Shown: piece by piece, positions 8,830 to 17,400 of the stretch
Layout: every line of letters begins with the position of its first letter
Numbering within the stretch: the first letter of the stretch is position 1
NCBI GenBank assembly: GCA_030428025.1
Contig: JAUIBJ010000001.1
Span: forward strand, 1-46,171
DNA from: Alphaproteobacteria bacterium
GTDB taxonomy: Bacteria > Pseudomonadota > Alphaproteobacteria > Rhodobacterales > Rhodobacteraceae
Direction: 5' to 3'
DNA length: 46,171 nucleotides
Notes under the pieces: generated by a model
Database searches by the model: none
The model's input: only the letters and a program-made list of their open reading frames with translations
What the model was told of the DNA's origin: nothing
Translations under genes and position numbers: made by a program

Positions 8830-10485
8830 TCATGCGTTGGCGTAGTTGCCGTTCACGACGCTCATCGAGGCGGAGCCGAGGTTGAACCCGTCGTTCCAGC
8901 CCTCTGCCGTATCGCCAGCCCTTGCATCCGCAAGCATGCCGGAACCGAGAAGCAGGAACGGGGCGCCGAGACCGGAGATGTCCTTCGGCTTGCCGGATCC
9001 GTCGATGAACGAGGTGTGCGGGATGATCGCGCCCGCCTGGAAAAAGAGATCGGCGATCCGCCCATCCCATGTGTCCTGGGCGCCGACATCCTTCCAGGTC
9101 ACATCTGCCGCCTGCGACATGAGGATGGTGCCGGAACCCACGGTCGGGGAGGAAACATCATCGAAAGTCGGGGTGACCCCGTTGATGCGGAAATCGAAGA
9201 TGCCGGCACCGGAGAGGGAGACAGCCAGGTAGAGGTGATAGATGGAACCGGCGGCCATACCGCCCGTCAGAGCCATGTCGATCCATGCGGGTGTGCCGGC
9301 GCTGTCGTGAACGATCCAGCGCGGTTCGATCTGGCCGCCGTTGCTGAACGTCATCAACCGCACGCCTTGCCCGGATCCATTCATCAGGGAGATAATCGTG
9401 CCGGTGTTCGAAGTGTTGAAGGGGCGCACCCAGCAGGACAAAGTAAAGCTGGCCGCATTGCCCGGCGCCGCCGTGGTCGACAGACGGGCATTCCCGTTGG
9501 TATCGACGAAGTTCAGCCCGATCTCGGCAGAGGCGGCGGTGGCGGCCGAGGCATTGCCGGTGCCATTGGTGCCGGTGACGACACAGCGCAGGTATTTGGC
9601 GACATCGCCCGGGGCGACTGTGTAGTCGGCGGCGACGGCCCCGGAGACACTCGCCCAGCCGGTCGTGCCATCGTCGGACCGCTGCCACTGATAGGTGAAG
9701 GCAATCGTCGGGTCGCCGGTCCAGGTGCCGTCGGTGGTGGACAGAACGTCGCCGACCACGGCGCGGCCGGAGAGAACAGGGGCAACGGTATTCGACGGGG
9801 CGACGCCGCCACCGCCGCCGCCCGGCGGCACCTCCCATTCGAGATCGGTCGGCGTGATCGTGTAATCCGTGATCCCGGAGAGGCCCGAAAGGTACGTGAA
9901 ATCGTCGGCGCCCGTGGCCGAAAGCACGACCTCTGCCTGCCCGACGGCGTCGCCGGCCTGAAGCACATAGGTCGAAAGCACCGGGACGCCATCGACAAAA
10001 TACGTGATCGCCTCCGAGACCGGGTTGCCGTTGAAGTCGGGATAGGTGCCCGCGATCCATGCATCCCCGATGACGTCCCCGACCAGCATGAGCGCCGTGT
10101 CCAGCTCGCCGCCGGTGGTGATGACGATGCTCGCCGCATCGGTGATCTGGATCGTCCGCGTGAACGGCCAGGTGCCGTTGTCGTCGGTGTATTGCAGCGT
10201 GACCGTGGCGGTCGGGTTGGTCTCGTGATCGAGCGCGGCCGTGTTCGATCCGACTTCCAGCGTCACGCCGTCGACATTCATCTGGAAGAGGTTCGCGACC
10301 TGTTGCGCGGCGATGCTGACCGCGCCGGGGTTCGACGCATTCACCGGCGTCAGCGTGGCGATGTCGGTGCCCTGGGCGGAATTCTCCACGATGCTGGCGG
10401 CGGACATGGCAAGGCCGGGGCCCAAAGGCGACCCGCCGCCCAGAAGGCGGAAATGCGGTCCAAGCCCTCCGCCGATCAGCTTCAT
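8830..10485 (-). CDS. Putative tail/receptor-binding protein with cadherin-like, Ig-like and LamG/ConA-like domains
   Basis: SIVENSAQGTDIATL...LDHET (cadherin-like); APSNTVAPVLSG..VGDVLSTTDGTW..FTYQWQR (Ig-like); FTLSCWVRP..WDGRIADL (LamG-like). Start MKLIGG overlaps the upstream stop (ATGA). Confidence 0.65.
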   Translation of the reverse strand: MKLIGGGLGPHFRLLGGGSPLGPGLAMSAASIVENSAQGTDIATLTPVNASNPGAVSIAAQQVANLFQMNVDGVTLEVGSNTAALDHETNPTATVTLQYTDDNGTWPFTRTIQITDAASIVITTGGELDTALMLVGDVIGDAWIAGTYPDFNGNPVSEAITYFVDGVPVLSTYVLQAGDAVGQAEVVLSATGADDFTYLSGLSGITDYTITPTDLEWEVPPGGGGGGVAPSNTVAPVLSGRAVVGDVLSTTDGTWTGDPTIAFTYQWQRSDDGTTGWASVSGAVAADYTVAPGDVAKYLRCVVTGTNGTGNASAATAASAEIGLNFVDTNGNARLSTTAAPGNAASFTLSCWVRPFNTSNTGTIISLMNGSGQGVRLMTFSNGGQIEPRWIVHDSAGTPAWIDMALTGGMAAGSIYHLYLAVSLSGAGIFDFRINGVTPTFDDVSSPTVGSGTILMSQAADVTWKDVGAQDTWDGRIADLFFQAGAIIPHTSFIDGSGKPKDISGLGAPFLLLGSGMLADARAGDTAEGWNDGFNLGSASMSVVNGNYANA

Positions 10486-10718
10486 TCGGTTGCCTCCCGC
10501 GCGATCGAGGAGGCAGAGCCACCGGCCAGCCGGTATTTCACCGTGTTGCCACTGACGATCCTGAGCGCATCGCCGGCCATCAGCTCGATCCCCTCGTCGT
10601 CGTCGGGGGCCGCCTGCACGCTGATCGCGACCTTGCCCGTGCGGCATTGCCAGATCTCGGTCGCGGCCAGAAGCGTGCCCGCCGACCAGCTCGTCGTGAT
10701 ATTGGTGATGAGTGCCAT
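10482..10718 (-). CDS. Small hypothetical protein in the tail module
   Basis: AAGGAG SD, coupled to the downstream gene. Confidence 0.7.
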   Translation of the reverse strand: MALITNITTSWSAGTLLAATEIWQCRTGKVAISVQAAPDDDEGIELMAGDALRIVSGNTVKYRLAGGSASSIAREATE

Positions 10719-10754
10719 GTCAGTGTCTCCTTTCAGGGTCGAGGGCGGCGGCCA

Positions 10755-11933
10755 TCAGCGAAGTTCCCACCAGTCCTTGACGTTCAGATCATTGTTCACG
10801 CGATATTTCGCACCGGCCGGAATGACCGGGTTGATCGTCGTCGGCGGCCCCGACGCCTGGTTGCTGGTGGCGATGTCTTTCCAGGTCGCGCCGTTGTCGT
10901 GGGACACTTCGAAACGGCGATCATTGCTGGTCGAACTGCGCCACCTCAGCGAGATCTGGATCGGCCGCCCGGTGTCGTTCGTATAGGTCACGCCCTCGGT
11001 CCGGCTGCCGTTCACGTTCTGCCAGGTCTGGCCGACGCCCAGAGGCGGCGCGGCCCATTCCGGCAGGGCCCCGGCACCGTTCATCGCCAGCACCTGCCCC
11101 GCCGTACCCTTGGCGAGGCGGACCAGCGTATTCGCGCCGGTCGCATAGAGGAGATCGCCGGCGGCCAGGGCCACATTGCCGAGGCTGGTAAGGTTGGGCT
11201 TGATGGGCTGACCGCCGATCGTCGCCAGCGCGATCACGGGATCGTCCACGTCCGACAGGTTGTTTCCGCCCAGCATGTCGCCGGTGCCGGCGCCGGGCGC
11301 GCCCTGCGGAATGAACAGTTCCCAGCGGCCCGCGCCGAGATCCGTCGCGAAGACCCCCGATGTGTGGGGGATCAGACAGATGTAGCTGTTTCCGCTGTCC
11401 CGCACGACATCGGACGGGGCGTAGTCCGTCGCCGTCACCCACATGCCCTTCCATTCCAGAATGCTGTTTTCCGCGGCCTGAGCCGCCGATGCTGAAAGGG
11501 CCGCGGCAGCGGCAGCGGCAACGGCGGTGGCGGCAGACGGTTCCGCCTGGGAAAGAAGCGGCAACAACGCGCCAAGGTCGCGGCCCAGCTCCTGGATGCG
11601 CCGCGTCAACAGGTCGAGCTGCGCCTCGAGCCCCTTTTCCCGTGTCGTCTTTGCCGCGAAGCCCTGCTGCTCGACGGTCACGCGCCGGATGACCAGGTCA
11701 TAGGTGTCGTACATCGCCGCGATCGGCGCGCTCAGCGTCAGGTCGCCACCACCGGCCGTTGTCTCGGCCGGGTTCACGGTGAAGTCCGCCGCCGGATCGA
11801 GCGGGGTCTCATTGCCGTCAGGATCCACCACGGCCGCCGTGATCGACCCGGCGCCGTAGGCATTGGCAATCTGGTAGGGGCCGATGCCCTGAACGGTGTA
11901 ACCCGGCTGCTGCACATAGACTTCGGTGGTCAT
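10755..11933 (-). CDS. Tail fiber protein (T7 gp17-like N-terminal anchor)
   Basis: N-terminus ...LVIRRVT..QQ..LEAQLDLLTRRIQE resembles podovirus fiber adaptors. Also a WVTATDYAPSDVV sugar-binding-like motif and a C-terminal LGVGQTWQNV..R...VTYTNDTGRPI fiber tip. Confidence 0.8.
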   Translation of the reverse strand: MTTEVYVQQPGYTVQGIGPYQIANAYGAGSITAAVVDPDGNETPLDPAADFTVNPAETTAGGGDLTLSAPIAAMYDTYDLVIRRVTVEQQGFAAKTTREKGLEAQLDLLTRRIQELGRDLGALLPLLSQAEPSAATAVAAAAAAALSASAAQAAENSILEWKGMWVTATDYAPSDVVRDSGNSYICLIPHTSGVFATDLGAGRWELFIPQGAPGAGTGDMLGGNNLSDVDDPVIALATIGGQPIKPNLTSLGNVALAAGDLLYATGANTLVRLAKGTAGQVLAMNGAGALPEWAAPPLGVGQTWQNVNGSRTEGVTYTNDTGRPIQISLRWRSSTSNDRRFEVSHDNGATWKDIATSNQASGPPTTINPVIPAGAKYRVNNDLNVKDWWELR

Positions 11934-14428
11934 CGGGTCAGATCTCCGGCTGCGTTGGAAAGGTCGGGGGCACGGGACGGGGCGATCGCGCCGCGATCCC
12001 ACCATGTACGTGTGCCGAAATCGCGCTCACGGCGCTTTTGCTGGCGGCGCCAGGTGGCCTCGGCTTCGGGATCGAGGAAGGCTTGCAGCTGGTCGGCGAC
12101 CATCCGGTCAAAGGCAAGACGCCCCCAGACCATCGACGAAGCGACGGGCGTGTTGTAGCGCAGGAAGTTCGCCGCATCGCGGCCGAGAAGCGTATCCTTG
12201 CCCTCGATGATCCGCTGGGTGTTCGACGCGATCGGGCCGAGGATGTCCGATCCGAGACCGACGACTGGGCCCGCCAGCGTCTCGGCGATGCCACCACCCG
12301 CCCGGCTCTGCTCGGCCGCGAAGAAATCACCGAAGATGCCAAGCCCGCCGCCCTGGAAGAGCGATGCCATCCAGAACTTGCCCTCGTCCATGGGTCGGGG
12401 ATCGTTGCCCTTGGCCAGTTCCTTCAGCTGGATCGCCAGGGCCCCGGTCAGAAGGAGAAGGCCCGACATCGAGGCGGCGTATTGCGCCTTGGCCATCGGT
12501 GTCGGCTGCGCCTGAAAACGCCGGTACTGGCCCAGCATCAGCGACATCGCGAAGCTCTTGTAGCTCGTCGAGCTGCGCAGAAGCTCGCCCGCGAAAGTGC
12601 CCGGGGCGGCGCTGCCCTGCAGGCGGGCACGACCCTCGAGGCTGGCCGAGGGGATCGCCAGTTCCAGTTGCTCGCGCACCGCCATCTGCAGGCGCATTGC
12701 CAAGCCCTCGGCCTCGGCGCGCGGCATCCGGGTCTGGGTTTCCAGCCAGTACATGGGGGCGATGAAATCGGCGCCGTTGCCGGCGACAAAGCGGGTGGCA
12801 GGATCACGCAACGCATCCCAGTCGGCCGCCGAGATCCCGCGCTCCTCGAAGAGCCGGCGCGTCGGCGGATCGAGATCGGCAAACGCGCGATCGGCCTGGT
12901 CGGCCAGGTGCCCGGCGAATTCCATCTGGAACGAGATCCGCCGCATGTCCGTGATGAAGCTCAGACCAGAAGCGCGCAGCGTGAAACCGGAAAGCCGCTG
13001 AGTGATGCCCGTTCCGATCAGCTGGCCGAAATAGCGCGAGGCGCCGCCACCTGCGTCGGCCAAGGTCGAGGCAACGTAGCCCATGCGCGCGGCGGTCTGA
13101 CGTGTCGCCTGGCTGGAAATCAGTTTCATCGTCGTCGCCATGACATTCTGCGGGCGCAGACCCATGATCCGGGCCGCGACGCCGATCGTCGCCATGTCGG
13201 AGACCGAGGAGAGGACCGCCGAGCCCAGCTGGGTTGCGGTCAGGTAGCCGCGCACGCCGGAAAAGAACCGCGCCCAGGCGATGTTCTCCGGCACGTTGGC
13301 GGCACCCGATTGGTGGGCGAACATGGTGCGCGCCAGGGCCGCCTGCTTCGTCACCTGCTCCTCGAGCTTCGCGCTCTTCAGCTCGGCCGCGCGCTTCTGC
13401 GCGGTCTGCACCGCGAATTCCAGCCCGCCCTTCGGGTTCGGCCCCAGAACGCGCATCATCGCGACATCATGGGCAAGGCCATGCAGCCCGTTCATCATCG
13501 CGGTGAAGGGGTCGCTGGCCCCGAATTTCTGGTTGTAGGCGCGCCAGGCCTTGCCCGACTTGAAATGCAGCACCCGATGATCGGCCCGCTGGTTGTAGAG
13601 CGCCTTGCCGCCCGGCGTCATCGCAGGCTTGCGGTCATCCCAGCCGCGTGTCGTGATGCCGTCATAGACGTCCTTCAGGAAACGGTCGGTCGCGGTCCTG
13701 GGCGGAATGACGTCGGGGGCATTGGCAAAGGGCTTGCCTGTGGTGACGTCGTCGATCCGGTCCCAGGCAAGGTGCTGCTCGATCTCCTCGGCCCAGGCGT
13801 CATACCCTTTGGCACGCAGCTCCTCGATCGAGTGGCTGTGGGCGATGCCGTAATCCTTCAGCTCGCCGATATCGCCGCCATGGGCGTTGAACATCTGCCG
13901 CATGCGGCGCTGCTGATACCGCACCGTATCGGCCAGCCGCTTGGCACTGGCGTTGCCGGTGTCGTCGCCGTGCAGCTCGTCGATCAGGTCGAAGAGAAGC
14001 GCACGATCGCGGCTGTTGCCGACGACGTTCAGGCCGGTGCGTTCCAGCACTTCGGCAAGACCCGCGTTGATGCTGTCGGTCAGGGCCTCGGTCAGCGAAC
14101 GGATGCTTTCGCCTGTGAAGCCCGACCCTTCGGAGAATTCCAGAAGGTTGCGCAACGCCAGCGCCGGATCCGGCGCGGTCAGGATCTGGGCCTTCAGCCG
14201 GCGCATCGCCTGCAGCTGGTTGACGACGGCGTGAAAACGCGAGCGGGCGGCCTTCCGCGTTGCCTCTTTCAGGTCGGCCGCCGCGCTCGCTTCAGCTGCA
14301 GGGCGCGGCATGATCTGCTCATACCGCGTGACCAGCTGATCATAGAGGCCCTGGGCAGCTTGCGCCCGGACCGGGTTCAGTTCCTTAGCGTCTACCGCGC
14401 GCTGGATGCAATCGGCGATCGAGGTCAT
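11930..14428 (-). CDS. Internal virion (ejection) protein, T7 gp16-like position
   Basis: 832 aa, helical, GGGLGIFGDF motif. Lies directly upstream of the tail fiber with ATGA overlaps on both sides. Confidence 0.7.
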   Translation of the reverse strand: MTSIADCIQRAVDAKELNPVRAQAAQGLYDQLVTRYEQIMPRPAAEASAAADLKEATRKAARSRFHAVVNQLQAMRRLKAQILTAPDPALALRNLLEFSEGSGFTGESIRSLTEALTDSINAGLAEVLERTGLNVVGNSRDRALLFDLIDELHGDDTGNASAKRLADTVRYQQRRMRQMFNAHGGDIGELKDYGIAHSHSIEELRAKGYDAWAEEIEQHLAWDRIDDVTTGKPFANAPDVIPPRTATDRFLKDVYDGITTRGWDDRKPAMTPGGKALYNQRADHRVLHFKSGKAWRAYNQKFGASDPFTAMMNGLHGLAHDVAMMRVLGPNPKGGLEFAVQTAQKRAAELKSAKLEEQVTKQAALARTMFAHQSGAANVPENIAWARFFSGVRGYLTATQLGSAVLSSVSDMATIGVAARIMGLRPQNVMATTMKLISSQATRQTAARMGYVASTLADAGGGASRYFGQLIGTGITQRLSGFTLRASGLSFITDMRRISFQMEFAGHLADQADRAFADLDPPTRRLFEERGISAADWDALRDPATRFVAGNGADFIAPMYWLETQTRMPRAEAEGLAMRLQMAVREQLELAIPSASLEGRARLQGSAAPGTFAGELLRSSTSYKSFAMSLMLGQYRRFQAQPTPMAKAQYAASMSGLLLLTGALAIQLKELAKGNDPRPMDEGKFWMASLFQGGGLGIFGDFFAAEQSRAGGGIAETLAGPVVGLGSDILGPIASNTQRIIEGKDTLLGRDAANFLRYNTPVASSMVWGRLAFDRMVADQLQAFLDPEAEATWRRQQKRRERDFGTRTWWDRGAIAPSRAPDLSNAAGDLTR

Positions 14429-17400
14429 GCTGCGGCCCTCCCGGCGGTGCAAAGGTTCAGGACTTCGGCCAGTTCCTCGTCGGCCTCGATGTCGTCCAGG
14501 AGCTCGGCCGCCGTGTATTCGGGGCCGTTTTCATCGAGGCGGAACGTCAGATCGCCGAGATCCGCGCGTATGGCGTTGACTTCGTCAGAAATGGCCCCCA
14601 TGTTAGGGGTGTCCTGAAGAGGATTTTTCCCCATGAAACTCGAAACGTTCTGCAGCTGGGATGGTCGGCCCGCGGTGCTGTTCCGCGAAGAGGGCGAGTT
14701 GTTTGCCCTGGCCAAGCTCGAACCGGGGGCGCCCTGGTCTGAAGTGGACGCTGGCGATGTCTGGTTCACGTCTCGCGCCGTCTCGACGCGCGAGGCTTTC
14801 GAAGCCGAATTCGAGCGGAACTTCGGATCGCTCGACGTGCCATCTGCCCTGAGCTTGGCAGCATCGAAGTCGGTTCCGGCCGCCGCCGAGTAAAGCCGTT
14901 CCTGGTCACGCAGCAAGTTCGCCTTGCGCGGATCGCCGCCAGGCAGCTTGCGCCACTCTTCATAAAGCGCGGTACCGGGCTGTTTCGCGCGATACATCGC
15001 ATCCGTCCAGATCTGCACTTCGCTCAGCATGCCGTCGTCATGCCGCACGATGATCTTGCGATCGGCATAGCCGGTCGGCTGGCGTACCCATCCCTCATCG
15101 ACAATGTCAAAACGTGCGGCCAGCGCGTCAGCTACCGCCTCTGCCTGGTCGATCGAGATGATGACAAAGCCCCCGCGTGAGACGTCGGTCAACCGGCGCG
15201 GCGCGTCATATTGCTTGCGCGCCAGTTTCCTTTCCGTGGTCGCGCGATCCTTCAGGCCGGGATCCTTGAACTCGACGCCCAGCCCGGCCGCGATCTCGTC
15301 GCCGGCGCGGGTAAGCCGTTCCTGCGCTGGCGCGGCAAGGCGGTAAAGCGTGTCGATATCATCGAAGGGCTGCGCCTCTGCCAGGGTGCGGACATAGTCA
15401 CCTGGCGCCACGTTGCTGAGATCCGGCGCGGTTTGGCCGGCCCCGCGCAGATCCTCGATCGCGGCCTGGTCGGCCTCAATCGCTTCCGGGCTGTCGGCCC
15501 CCCTGGCAAAAGCGTCCTCGGCCAAGTTGCCAGGATCAGCGATCGGCGTCGGCGCGGCCGTCGGCCGGCCCAGCTCGTCGGGCAGATCCGCAAAGGCCTC
15601 GCCGTCGAGGGCGCGCAGCACTTCCGCCGGGCCAGGGGCTTCGCCGAACAGTCCGGCTTCTGTCGTGCCCACCTTGCGCGCCTCATCCGCGTAGCGGGTC
15701 AGGAAGGCCGCGATCTCGTCCTTGGGTGCCGCCCGGCTGCCCCGCCAGAACTTGCGGACCAGCGCCGCCGTCAGGGGGCTGATCGCGCCGTCCAGAAGGT
15801 CGACATCGGCGATCAGCTCCTCGAGCATGCCGGCAACGCTCTTGCCCTCGGCCTGGGCCGCTTCGCGCGCGGCCGCGATCAGCCGCATGGCATCGAGGAC
15901 GAAGGGGGAAATATCCATGTCGGCGCGCACAGTGCCGGCGGCGATGTCCGCCTTCAGGCCCGCCCAGGCGGGCGCGGCATCGGCCAGCGCGTCCATCAGC
16001 CCGCGCAGCTCACCGGCATCGGCCTCGGCGAAACGGGCGACGATGTCGGGCGCGTCCCAGGCGCGGGCGAAGAGTGCCGCCTGCAGGCGACGGATCCCCT
16101 CGGCGTTCAGGGCGCCCGTGGCGTCCACCATGGCGGCCCTCTCTGCCTGTGGCAGGCCACCGAGTGCCGCCTGGGCGAAGGCGCGGTTCTCGGGGCCGCC
16201 CAGCCGCGCCCCTGGCGTATAAAGGCCGAGGGTCGCCTCGCTCATTGCGGCACCATCGGCGGCGGCCCGTTCGGTGGGTGACATGCGGGCAACGGTCGCG
16301 TTGTTCGCCTCTCGCACGAAACGCTGGCGCCCCGCCTGGTCCAGCTCGGACGTGCGGCGCGCGACCAGGACCGGCTCTTTCACGCCCTCGGGGATCTCGT
16401 AGCCGGCCGCCTCGATCTCGGCGCGGTAGGCTTCCGCGCGATCGGGATGGCGTTCGAAGGCGCGCTGGATCGCCATCACGCGGCCGTTGCCGCTTTCGAT
16501 GACGTTGTCGGGCCCCACGACGGGCGCGCCGCGATCGGCCTCGGGCGCTGGCATCAGCCGGGCAGGATCGAGCTTCGCGGCGATCTCGGCGATCTGCTCG
16601 TCGGACGCGGCGCGCGATCGGTCGCGCGGCTGCAGCTCACCCGTTGCGCGCTTCAGAAGCGAAGCGTCCACAACCTCATAGGTGACGTCGATGCGGGTGT
16701 CCCCTGCGGTGACTTGCCCGGACCGGGTATAGCCGCGTGAGGTGGAAAAGCGCGGCGCATCGGCCGAGGGTGGCGGGGTCTTGCCGGTCCATCGCGGGAT
16801 CCGGCCGCCCTGGTACTGCGCCATGACGTCCTTCGCATGGCCGACGCGGCGCCCCAGGTGCGGGATCCCGGGGCGTTCGAAATGCTGGCTGATCAGCGCG
16901 GCCGCCTCTTCAGCGGTGCGGGCTGTCCGGATCTTCGCCCAGGCGCCGGCCTCGCTGGTCCGCAACTCGTGAAGCAGGAACGCGATCTGGGTGTCGAGAT
17001 CCGTAGCGGGCTTGCCGCGCTTGGCCGCAAAGTCCTGAAGGGCGCGCCGGCGCGGGCCGTTCCACTGCCAGACGCCAAGCGCATTACCACCATCGCCGAC
17101 GGCCCCGGGCAACAGACCGGGGCCGCTTTCGACCATGCCGTTCCCGACGAAAGCGGCGGCAATATGCGGCTCGATCTCGGCCTCGAGGAGCCGGCCGAAG
17201 ATATAGCCGACCCGGTTCGTTTGTGGGCTGGCATTGCCGGTCAGGCCGAAGTTGAAGTCGGCCAGGCGCGGCAGAGTGCCAGGCGCGGCGACGGGCTGGT
17301 CGGACGCATCGGGGGGCAGGTTCTCTTCCAGGCGGCGCCGGGTTTCCTCGACCGCCGCTTCCTGTCGCATGGGTGACACGCCGTCGGGGGTCGCCTCGGC

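Noticed and set aside
6416-11933. Diversity-generating retroelement, as in BPP-1
   Set aside because: No reverse transcriptase and no template/variable repeat pair seen.
12038-14617. Long + strand ORF (859 aa) and similar ones at 9016-10986, 20563-23112, 30206-31780 and 32982-35414
   Set aside because: Antisense shadows of high-GC genes: no SD or promoter seen, repetitive composition, and the opposite frame carries all the recognisable motifs. The 14633-14893 ORF differs on each of these points.
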